From Nageia nagi (taxonomy: Eukaryota > Plantae > Pinophyta), in contig JBITNC010000001.1 of the NCBI GenBank assembly GCA_050084985.1, positions 165,788,001-165,852,000 on the forward strand: a DNA stretch of 64,000 bases. Direction: 5' to 3'. The position numbers and the translations under genes were made by a program. Of the stretch, positions 13,516 through 25,374 are shown piece by piece. Each line of letters begins with the position of its first letter. Within the stretch, counting starts at the first letter, position 1. The notes below the pieces were generated by a model that was not told where the DNA came from, did not search any database, and worked only from the letters and a program-made list of their open reading frames with translations.

Positions 13516-15550
13516 GGATATATAATGAAAAGCATTGAAATTGCATAATCCAAAGAAGTATAGAGAAGAGAAAAAGATTTTCAATAGTAAAGTGGACTTT
13601 CCCATTTTGATCAATATATAAAATGTGGTATGTTATTTTTTCCCTTTTGATCTTGTTTTCCCCTAGCTCATGGTGCATTGGGTAAGAAAGCCAAAAATAG
13701 GATTTCTTATATGAGGTGAGCGGTTGATGGTAATCATACTCACTCAAAAACTACCTATAGAATAAAACAAAATATACCTGCATAAATCACATCCAAGAAA
13801 GAATAAGCAATGGAAATAGTAAGAATGAAATAAATATAATATGTAATGTGCCACTATTGCTGATGCAACTCATAGTGATATAAACTATGATACATAGACT
13901 ACTATGATAGACAACTCATAGTCTATGAAGAGCAAGTACATGCGTTCTTTGTAATGCTTCAAGCTTGCAATATCCATGATTTATAGACTACCATGATAGA
14001 AAATTCATAGTATATAAATGCCCATTCAATGACTCACAATGGTGATGTATTGTAATAATACAATATTTGCTCATGGGAAGACCATGGTTGTGAAATAATT
14101 ATCAATATATCAATGAACCATGATATTCAATTTCTATTAATGCACCACATATTAAATTATTCATTAGCTTTTCATTACAAAATTTTAATTTGTATGAATT
14201 TTCAATGTGGTTCCACACCATTGGTGGCATGGTATGCCTAAAATATTACAATCATGTTTTCAATAATTTTGGTCCTTATCCATAAAGTAACACATATTTA
14301 TATAGAAATCATATAAATGGGTAAATTTTCAAAAAAATTATAATATACCCAAATGCCAAAGAATTTATATCAATTGTATGCCAATGACAATGTGAGTGTT
14401 TCCATTTCAAGTGGAAAAACTTGAAAGATGTTTGATTAACTATCATCCGTATCATTTTTTTGTAGTTTATAAAGAAAATAACATTTCCATGTATCATAAG
14501 ATTTTTAGAGAGATCATGAAATAGCAATATTTTTCAACATTTGCAATTCATGTTTGTAATCTATATAATATTCCAATAATCATTTCTTTGAATCTTAAAC
14601 AATATGTAAGCATTGCAATTATTTGAAAGAACATGCAATTTTATAACCTTCACGACACAAGCAACATAGAAAAGGATATGACATTTTTCAAAATAAAAGG
14701 TGCATTCAATTGAAAATAAAATATGGATTTTCAACTAACAATGAAGCATAAATAATAAGAAAATTGGAATATGAAAAATTAATGTACAATGCAAATATAA
14801 ATAAACTTTGTTAATAAAAATTAACCATATATAGCAACTCTATGATGGTAATGAGCATTCTATGAAATGCATCACAATGATAATTAAAATAATGCATTTA
14901 AAATTTTTCCTAATTTGTTTTATTTCATGCCATTGGTGGTGTACATTTAATATTAATAATTTTAAATAATGCCAATGTAATAATTTCAATCATAGACAAG
15001 TAGTAGGCAATGAAAAGGTACGTTTGCACTATTTAAAATCATTTTCCCTTGAATGCATAATATGGATGCTGATGGCAGTGTAAAAACAACATTAAAACTT
15101 TTTAAAAAAAGAAATGACAATCATTTAAAATACTTCTAAGTACACTCAAGGTATAAAATAATGGTTTTAGGTATTCCACAACACATAGAAAAATGCCCTA
15201 GGGTTTCTATTTAAACAATAAGATATATAAATAAATTATTACTTTGAAAAGTCATTTTGACTTCTACACCTACCTAATCGAGTGTTTTGGCACCCATGTT
15301 AACCTATGGCTTACCTACTAACTTGGCATAGACCTTATGACCTATTTCAAGTTATTTTAGGCATGTTGAATTCTCTTGACATGTTTGGACATTGATTTTC
15401 TCCATTTTCATTGATTTCTACCTACTTATGATCCTATTGAGGAGTGTGGTGTCATGTTGACCCTCTTGGACATACATGGATGTCATTTGCACTTACCCAT
15501 GATCGATTTATTTTATTTAATGTTGCTTCCTTTATTTTTCTCTATACCAA

Positions 15551-17066
15551 ATGGTGAACAAATCATGGAGAGCATTTGACCATCTCATCACTAGTCAAAG
15601 GGACCACATAGTAGAATACCTTCATTCTTTACCCTATGATCATGCGGTAAGTTTGATTTATTTGTTGTAATTATTAACTAATTATAGTATTTAATTATAT
15701 TATGATTGTTAATTTGAATTTTTCTTTTTCAAAGTAATTTAGTAAGTTAAACTTTATGTTATTACCTTACAAGAGTGTAAGGTTATCATTAGGGGAGGGC
15801 TCATGGCTATAACTATGTTAGAGAAGGCCATGAGTTGGCCTATGACTACACATATGGATGATATCCTCATCAAGTGTGGGTTGGAATACCTAGCCATTAT
15901 TAGGCACATACAACAAGACCTACCCCTTCTTACTACACTAGTAGAGAGATGTGATCCAGATTGCTCTACATTTCACCTACCTCTAGGTTAAATGATTGTG
16001 ACTTTTGTAGATGTATACTACATTTGGGGAATTCCCATAAAGGGAAGCCTAGTGCACTAGAGGAGATTTTGAACAACAATATCCAAGAGTAGGAGGCACT
16101 TTGGTTGATGAGTGAGGTGGACCATGACTAGGAGCATCGAGCTTCTTAGTTGGTGGAGGTATGTAGGTTTACCCCAGTAGGGTAACACTATGGTTATATG
16201 TGGTTACTATTATAGCTACTTACTTATATCCTAATAAGATTAGCTTGACCATCCCTCTCAGCCTAGTGTAGATCATATGATAGATTTGCAAGAGGGAGAC
16301 ACAGTTCACATGGGGACTCTTAGTTCTAGCATAGTTGTATGAGGAATTGTACAATTTTATCAGCATTGATAAGTTAAACATGGTGATTGCTCACATAGGA
16401 CTACTTCAAATATGGGTCTATGATTACATTATCATTGTGAGGCCTATGGGATTGCAATGGGTGAGAGAGGATCCAAGGGACATTACCTTGGTTTGTTGGA
16501 CCTCAAAGGATGGAGGGTATAGGTACCCTCACTTACTAGAGGTAAGGAGGTAATAGATTGATGGATTAAAGGTTGAGGACCTAGTTTGGGTATCCTATAA
16601 GTATTTTGTGTGGGATGTCAAAACTCACTAGCTAGCATGGGTCTAGGAGTGATTCCTCTAGAATTAAAGGGAGGTGGTCGATCCCTACCATCCATAATGC
16701 ATACTATGATAGTTCAAGATCCAGTAGGGGATCCCTCCAATTCTAGTATGCTATCGATGGTACATATCTGAGAGAGATACACCTACAAGGATATAGGTAA
16801 TTATGGTATGGAGGCTCTCATGGGAGGAGCCTAGGATATTAGATGAGGTGAATAATGTCTCCATGGCTCTTAGGGTTTCCCTTGGTTACATAGCATGGTG
16901 GGTTGGAGTTTGTCTTAGTGACCTCGAGATGGATGATGATGATAATGAGGAGGAGGAAGCAGCCAATGAGGATCATCAAAGGATGATCCCTACTAGGATA
17001 ACAACCCCATGCATAAAATACCATTACAGGAGGGGGAGGGACCAAGAGGACCAACACCAAGACTAA
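15551..17066 (+). pseudogene. Plant Mobile Domain (PF10536, MAIN/MAIL1-like) gene, antisense to its host element, with a probable intron at 15647-15772
   Basis: LLTTLVERCDPDCSTFHLPLG*MIVTFVDVYYIWGIPIKG; FTWGLLVLA*LYEEL; GLLQIWVYDYI; IDGLKVEDLVWVSY; PYHP*CIL**FKIQ*GIP; acidic tail DDDDNEEEE. Multiple stops. Confidence 0.9.
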
Positions 17067-17177
17067 TGGTGTTGGCTAAGGCCATTGCCCTAGTGGTAAT
17101 AGGTAAGAGACTATTTTGTTTGCAAATTAAGGTTTTCAATTTTTATCCATGCACATGGGACATCTCCTTTTGTATTA

Positions 17178-17183
<6 letters not shown>

Positions 17184-17223
<40 letters not shown>
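17184..17223. repeat. (TA)n microsatellite
   Basis: Direct observation. Confidence 0.95.
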
Positions 17224-17224
<1 letters not shown>

Positions 17225-17872
17225 GAATATGAGCCATTTTTTTATTCAATCCATGTGTTTGATATCTTTTTATTTTTCTAAATGTGAATGTATTTAAATT
17301 TGTAAGTTTTAATTTTGTGTTATGTGTTAACAATAAAATTTACTAAGAAGATACCATGCATGTAATAAACTTAATTACACAAGATCATAAAAATTAAATT
17401 CAATCACTTTACAAATCATAAATCACTTCACAAATCACAAATCATTTTTAATAAAGATAAATCAATATATAATGTAGGTACAAAAGGTGAAATAGGGACC
17501 CTATCACATGTTTTCCCATTTTTCTTACTAGACACCATGCAAACCAACAATTGACCATTCAAATAGGCTCAAAATACACTAAACATGAAGGGAATACTAT
17601 CCTCTTACATTTTATCCTAGGAAAAGTACATCATTGATGATGTGAAACAAATCCAATATGCCACTAATGGTGTGAGCAATGATGAAAAAGATAGAAAAAG
17701 AAAGAAATAGTGCAAGATATGACATTCATGAAGGAGAAAAAGGAATGAACTTATGCAATGAAGGAGAAACAATTCATAATGGCCAGATAGATGCACAACC
17801 CAACTAATATACATTACAAGTACACATGAAATTTTAACCAATAACTTTATGTACCTAAGAGGTTTGTGTAAC

Positions 17873-20119
17873 CTAGATACATTTTATAAAGGCAGGAACA
17901 AAAAGAGGCACCTTTAATTTCATGTTTTCCACATAGTTGGTGCCATAGTAAAAGTTATACATGCTGCTAGTCACATTGGTATTTGCTCTATTACTAGTTT
18001 TGTTTGGGCTATCATGCCTACATCCATGTTTGTGAGTAAAATAATAATGTAATTCATTATAAGTACTTATCATGCCAATGTAACCTTGTGGTTGTGAAGG
18101 AGGTAAGGGATTGGTGAACATCCTTAACTTTCCATTATCAGGATGTACATGTCCATGTTCTTTAGTAGCCTCATCATCCATCTTAATGGCCTTTTTGTCA
18201 ATGAAATCCTGTATAATATGCCTTAAAGTCCTATAATTGCATGTTAGATTTCTAGGAACCCTATGATAATTACAAAATTCCTCATATCTAAAATTTTTAG
18301 GTACACCATTAGGAAACTTAGGCTCAATAATAGGAGGAAGTTCAATAAGATCTTCTTTTGACAAAACATTAAGAATATTATCAATAGTATCAATCAAAGG
18401 TATAAACTATTGTCTAGGCTTAGGACTAGTTTTACATTTATGACTAACATTATGTACTTCAAGCTTTTTTATCTTTATTAAGGATTTGGATTGTATTTTG
18501 ATATGTAGGGGTATTGTTATTATGCATAGAATATAATTTTTTAATGCATGGATATTTTTTTAACACAACATCCATCATATCCCCTAATGTCATATTATGA
18601 TTAGAAATGACCAACAACTTATATGCAAGTAATAAAGAATTTGCAAATTTATCTTTTAGATCTTGCTCAAGCATGGTGATTTTATTAGCAATGCATGTCC
18701 ATACATTGAAAAAATCATGAATAGAATAATTAGGCAATTATTTAATTTTATATAGATCTTTAAAATAGACTTTTTAAGCAATATTTTACTTAAAATTTTG
18801 CAAAACTTAATGAATTAAATTTTTATACCTATCAATGCTCTTTTTAAGAAGCTAAAAATACCATTTCTAATATGCATATTAGGATCTTGTAAAACCTTAA
18901 ATTTAGTAAATTTAATACTCTTTTTCCTAGTAAGTACCTTAGAAAGAATTCTATCTGTTAATGGTCTCTTTATGCAAAATAAGAAATCATTATCATCATA
19001 AGAAATTCATTATAATTCTATTTTTGGTTTGCATTCCTCAATTTACATCTATTTTGAGGGAGGTGGAGGGATTTGAGGTAGAATTTGTGCCTTTCTAAGT
19101 TCATTTTGTTTGAGCTGAGACATCATTTTCTAAGTTCATTCATGTCCTAGTTTATCAAGCATTTGAGCTAAGACATCCATTTATTTTTGGTAAGGTTCCA
19201 ATTCTAAGGTAGCCATTTCATGAAAGTCATTAAGGATTCCAACTTTAATATTATGTTCTTCTAATTTCCAATTAGGCTATATCTTATAAGCATCACTAAT
19301 AAATTTGTCAAATTGTGCTTGCAATTCATCATCAAGACTATCATTTTGTATAATATTCTTACCTATAGTATACTTACCTCTTGTGAAATGGTCAAGTTTT
19401 AAAATAAGGTACTCATAATAATCATATACATTCTCCATTCTACTATTCTCAACAACTATGTCACATGGAGGCTATGTAAGCACCTCAAGAGTAACCTCTA
19501 TTTCGACCCCATCCATACCATCAGTGGTGTGTTTGTAGGAAAGTACATGAATAGTAGCATTCATATTAATGGAATGAGCCCTCCATCATGTAGATCCTAC
19601 ATTTTCATATGAAAATAAGCTATCTAATGATTTTGAGGCTCTAGAATTTTCCTCTAAGAGCTCATAATATGTTAAAATATCAATAATAATTTCAACATTA
19701 TGAGTAAGAAAATATTCTAATCTTTATTAATCAGATAGTACTTCTTGTATAGATTTAACATGAATAGGAATTCTATCTAACTTAGGTTAATCAAAATGAC
19801 TATTCAAGCTTACACTTTCAATTCAAATTGATCAACATTAGTACCAAATACCAATAATATCCATTTTCTTGCTAGAGCTTGTAGACTCAATATCACTAGG
19901 AGCATCAAGATGAGGTTCTTATAGAGGTGGGTCAATATTATGCCTAACACTTCTTTTTATATCATTTAAATGAACTTTCCCTTTGGATACCTCAAGGTTT
20001 TCTACATTTAGATCCATATTTTCAATATAAGTAAAACAAACCTTAGTTTTATCATTTTCTTTGGCTATTATCCAAAGAGTTTCAAGTAAGGAGATGAACA
20101 ATAATGAGAATGGATTCAT
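17873..20119 (-). pseudogene. Degenerate Tat/Ogre-type gag
   Basis: ORF 17873-18397 has FCNYHRVPRNLTCNYRTLRHIIQDFID, a decayed CxYHxxxGHxTxxCxxL knuckle. ORF fragments continue up to an ATG at 20119, just downstream of the PBS. Confidence 0.75.
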
Positions 20120-20165
20120 GAATTTTTAGAAAGAATGCCCTTGGTTAAAACTTAGGTGTGTAAGA

Positions 20166-20180
20166 ATGTTGGGTTCACCA
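20166..20180 (-). promoter_or_regulatory. Primer binding site, tRNA-Trp
   Basis: + strand ATGTTGGGTTCACCA equals the plant tRNA-Trp 3' end ACGTCGGGTTCACCA (recalled) with two CpG>TpG changes; it lies 3 nt from the LTR. Confidence 0.8.
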
Positions 20181-20183
20181 AAA

Positions 20184-20904
20184 TGTAGACCCAAAAATAT
20201 GTAAATACAGAAATAAATTAATTTGGTCTACAAATACAATGAATAGCAGTTCTATATCAAATTATAAGAAATATACATGAAATCTATAAACCTGATACAG
20301 AGTGGGTCCTATAGCCAATTTGTGTATAACACTCAAAAGTAAATAACAATGAATCTCTAGTGGATTGTGATTGGACTTAAGATGAGTTCTTAACAAATGT
20401 TCTCTATAATGGATTCATGAGCCATTCCCCAAAATCTAAACCTCTTGATCATGAAGGTGGACATTGTTGGTTGCATGGATCTTGTATGCTATTGATGGCA
20501 TATAAGTGGAAATTTAGTGTGGTGTACAAAGAGAGATAATATATCTTAGAGAGTTAACAAGTTCTCAAAGACAAGTGATGTCAAGAGACACTATTGGTAC
20601 AATATTTGGGATAACCACCTATTAGAGAGATCTGATAGGGATTTCAACCTTCACCTCTTGTATTTATACCTTACAAGGAAATAAAAATGGGTAATGTTGG
20701 CATATAGAAATAATAATGATCATTTCAATATTCAAGATAACTTAAAATATAAACCATGGTATATGATATTACATTGGCTTTAGCACATGGTATGGAAATA
20801 TAATAGCATTTTAACTTGATTTATATATTTTTTTTCCTTTTAATCATTTAATGCACTAAATATGATTTATTAAATAAATAATAAATCATTTTTACACCTC
20901 TATA
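20184..20904 (-). repeat. 5' LTR of the 12782-20904 element
   Basis: TGTAGAC...CTCTATA; direct repeat of 12782-13501. Confidence 0.93.
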
Positions 20905-21829
20905 GTTTGATTTTTTATCCTAATTTTTATTTAGGATATATAGCAAAGTTAACATGCAAACTAACTTTGATTTTACTTTGAGCATGGTTAGGTTAATGAA
21001 GGGGATTAAAGGTTGCTTGAGATTTAATTTGAATGCATTGGGAAGAGCTTAAATATTAGTATCCTAATTTTTTCTTAGAATATTTAGGAATATTATCTTG
21101 CAAGTTAACTCTGCCTAGGGTTTGAGTATGGTTAGGTTAAATTTTGGGTGAGTTAAAGGTCATGATTAAGATTTGATTCGATTTGGAAGAGGAGAGTATT
21201 AATGAGGATATTTTAATGGGTAAGAATAGCCAAATGGGGGTTAGTTATATACTAACTCTAATCTCTAATTAAGTTAGTATCATAACCATAACCCTTAGTA
21301 TATTTAAGATTTTAATAATATGAGGTATATATTAAGTTATTTTAGAATTTAGTCATATTTAATTATTTTATTAAATACAACTAAATGCAATCTATAGGTT
21401 AAAAAATACATTTAGGCTTTATATGGAGTGGGGTGAATATTTTTAATTTAGTTGATTTAATAAAGTAGTGTGCATATTTAATTACTTTATTAAATGTATG
21501 TAACATATAAATTAGATAAGTCTTAGAGTTTTAGTCATATTCAATAACCTTTTTAAATATAACTAGGTGTAATGTGTATATCTAATTATACATTTAGGCT
21601 TAGATGGATTGGGATGAATATATTTAATTAAATTGATATAGTGGTGTGTACATTTAATCACTTATTTTTCTAGTGGGTTTGGAGATTTTGAGTGTCTACA
21701 TGTTACCCCTTTTGTATTGTGTTGTGTGAAAACAAATTTCAATACAAAAATAACTGATATAAGTGAATGATTAGAACAAGGTGATTGAGGATGAAATGAT
21801 TGATTACAAACAATTATGAGGGGGATAAT

Positions 21830-23500
21830 TGTAGATGATAAAATATAATCCTAAAGTATAGTAAAGGATGAAGCAATTACATCTACTTAATTAAAGTACA
21901 AAGGTGCCTAAATTCCTATGATCACTTAATAATTAATGGAAATAGTTAAAGATAATAGAAATTATAGAAGTAAAATAATAACATATGATAAAATATAAGA
22001 TAACAAGTTGATAGACACATACTTTTTGCTCACTTTGAGGATGAAGAATTAGATACAATGTCTTGAAATGATATCTCACATGTGGTTGAATGCTAATGCT
22101 AGCTATAGTGTTGGTGCTAGGGATCCTATAGAGATAGGTATCTCACCTCAACATTAATGTTGCTCATTATCCTCCAAGGTAATAAAAAAGTAAAGGATAG
22201 GTCTTGAGTGTAATAGATTCCAATCTTGATAAGTGGTGTTGAAGAACATCAATAAATTTGTGAGAGATATTTACAATCCTATCAAGATGAATTCTTGATA
22301 GTATTTCCATTTATATAATTCTTAATTTATATGTTTAGAAATATGACTAAATTCACCTTTGCATGCTAGCATATACATTGGTAGTATAACCTACAAATTA
22401 AAATAATTACACATGATAAGTAATTTAGGTAGATTTGTAGATTCTAAATCAATGAAGAAACATAATATTTATAAGTCTACTAAAATAGGATGATACTTAT
22501 TCAATTATATGATGATTAGTATATGAAAAGTGTACACCTAAAATTATGGAAGAGGTATTTATAACCCTAAAAGTATGCAATTCATAAGCAAAGGATCAGA
22601 TTAGCTTAGATATGAGTTGATCCTTTAATAATATTCTATTATCTAGATCAATACTCATTGCTCTCAATACTTGATACCTTGGATCATAAATAATCACTGC
22701 ACAAACACCATGGTTACAATATTCTCTTACAAAATGAATGCCTTGAAGCCTACAAAATTATGAAGTGCATACGAGATAGAAATTAACTAAAGCTCAAGGC
22801 AAAATAGATTCTCATATAAGTGGTGTTTAGAGACAATATAAGTATGATGATGCAGGATAACCACATATCCAAGAGATCCAAAAAGGATGTCAACCTCCAA
22901 ATCCTCCATTTATAACCTAAAAGGACATAGAAATGAATAAAATATGATTTATAAAAATAATATAATCTTTGTAATATTCAATATACTAGTAAACATAAAT
23001 CATAGTTAGTGATATTGCATTAGGCCTAGCACATGATATTGCCTTGTAATAATACCGTTATCTTGAAATTTGTAATATTGCTTTCATTCCATAGATAAGT
23101 CTAAAATATGATTTATTAAATAATTAATAAACCATTTTTAGTTGTCTACATTTTATCCCTCTTTGGATATGAAATGAAAAAGCATTTTGAAATTACATAC
23201 TCTAAATAAACATAGAGAAGTAGAAAAAGTTTTAATAGTAAAGTGTACTTCTCTGAGATCACTACTATGTTGAATATGATATCTTATTTTACCCCTTTTG
23301 ATATTTGATTACCTCTTACTTCTTATGCAAGGTAATCAATCCAAAACTTCATCTTTTTTACATAGAGGATTGATGGTGCCTTTGGTCTTACTCTCTTACA
23401 TGAATTGTAAAAACAAAAGAGATAATACCTACATATATTATATCCATTAAAAGAATAATAAATATAGAAGCAAGGATGAAATACATATAATATCTATTTC
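21830..23500 (-). mobile_element. LTR (21830-23150), PPT and 3' internal region of a related Tat-like element
   Basis: TGTAGATG start and GTCTACA end. 22820-23150 is homologous to 13170-13501, and 23151-23490 is homologous to 13502-13840 including the reverse PPT. Confidence 0.7.
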
Positions 23501-25374
23501 ATAGACTATCATCATTATGACTAATAACCTTTTTTAAATAAAAGAGGTTGAGACATGAAACTTGAGATAGATTATGTAATCATATGTGAATTTAACTTGC
23601 AATTTTAAGAAAAAGTTATGCTTATGGGGTTTCCATGACTTACATTTTTAAATTTGTTAGTAGAAAATGCATTGCATTTGAAAAATAATCAAGAGAAGTT
23701 TAGATGATATGTCAATATATATGCTAAATATTTAGAGTATTTAGTATCCTAGCATCAGTAAGTAATTAGATTTTTGAAATAAACTCATTGATTTTCATGA
23801 TATGAGCACCATAATGATAGATTTAGCATGATGTTAATGCCATTATTTTTGTAGAATTTTTAGATAATATATTTGGTGATGTTGATGATGGATGTTGTTA
23901 GATCTCAAGTTCAAGTATTATATTAATCATATTTCCTTTGTTTTTTGGTTGAACTCCCTTCTTGTTGATGATAATTTCTTGAAAGGTGAAAGGAAGTTCA
24001 TAAAGGAATTTTTTTGCCTCCCTCGATTCCATAATTTCTATTAATATAATATTTTGTTTGGAAAAATCTAAACCAAATATCTAGTCAATAATATAAAAAA
24101 GGAGTAATATGGGCTTACCTCCAAAATCATACATTTTGATGATGGTACTTTTCTCCATAAAATCCTAGTCTCCTATCTCTACATTGTTTATTCTTAAGGT
24201 AGCTACAACTTGGATGGAAAGCCTAGGATGCATAGTCCCTTGTAACACATTCAACATAAACACTAACACATGGTATGTGAATCCATAATAATACTTTGTT
24301 ATCTTTAGGACCTTTTTCCATTATATATTGGAAAGAAAACGTAATAGCCAACCCTTGCCTCCAAATTTAACTATGACAATTTCATCAAGTTTTGGTAGAT
24401 CATGAGTTAAATAATATAAGAATTGTAGATTAAAAACCCTATCTCATTATGGTTTTATAATTTCTTAGCTATATTATTTGAGATTAATTTTGACTAATCA
24501 AAAATAAAATATTTGGTTAGATATGTGAATGAATAAGCCAAGGTAATTTATGGGTATGTCTTCTCTTAGCAACACTTTAGACCTTTATACTCAACCAACC
24601 AACTCAACATATGATCTCCATATCCCCTCATTTGATTAGGGATGTGAATGCTTATATCTATAATTTGTTCAATAGGTATCTTGAATTCATAACTAATTGA
24701 ATAAGTTGAGAAGTCAATAATACCCTTCTATTGTAGGCTACCATGAACCTTTTCTTTGGGTAAGCTAGTTCCTTGACGAATTTGATCAATTAGGTTGAAA
24801 GGTGATAAGACTAAGGGAATTCCTAGTACAATAACCTTTTCCTAATTCCTTGATGAGCTATGCTCATATTAGTTCCAAAATAGATATCCTAAGATACTCC
24901 TTTGAGGTGTCAATGGTGTCGTATGATTTAGGTATCCCATGTTCTTTCCAACTTATCAATGCATTTTATCTCCTTACCTATGGTAACTATCCATTTGTTA
25001 ATGTTAATATCTCTCTCCATTACTACAATCTTTCCCTTTTCCTCCTCTAAAATCATTATTTTTCTCTACATTTATATATACTTCCACACAATTTGTCTTA
25101 TCCTTTCTCTCTCTTTGTTATGCTATTCTTAGGGTCTTTAGGACTAACTTATATCTTAATTCTTCTTAGTTCTTATTTAGATCTCATTTGGATCTCTTGC
25201 ATTCTCTATATTTTGCATGTAAAATTCCTTAGGTATTTTTTGGAGGGTGAATTATCTTTGAAACACATGAGTCATTAATTTGGATGCCACATTAATCCCA
25301 AGATTAACTAAAGTTATATCTCCAATCATTTGATCTCGACCAACCTACCATGATGAAAAACCATGATTAATGGA

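Larger units (their letters stand above)
12782..20904 (-). mobile_element. Full-length non-autonomous Ty3/gypsy (Tat/Ogre-like) LTR retrotransposon: gag plus antisense PMD, no pol
   Basis: Two ~720-bp LTRs (12782-13501, 20184-20904; ~10% divergent by eye over the first 180 bp), 5-bp TSD GTTTG (12777-12781 and 20905-20909), PBS and PPT on the minus strand. Confidence 0.93.
12577..21700 (-). mobile_element. Older LTR (~1 kb net) split by the 12782-20904 insertion
   Basis: TGTA at 12577 and GTCTACA at 21700, followed by a reverse PPT-like tract TTACCCCTTTT and a hairpin. Composition is similar on both sides of the insertion. The left boundary is tentative. Confidence 0.45.

Noticed and set aside
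23500-25300. Faint pol-like and LTR-like sequence
   Set aside because: No unambiguous motif or partner LTR was found.
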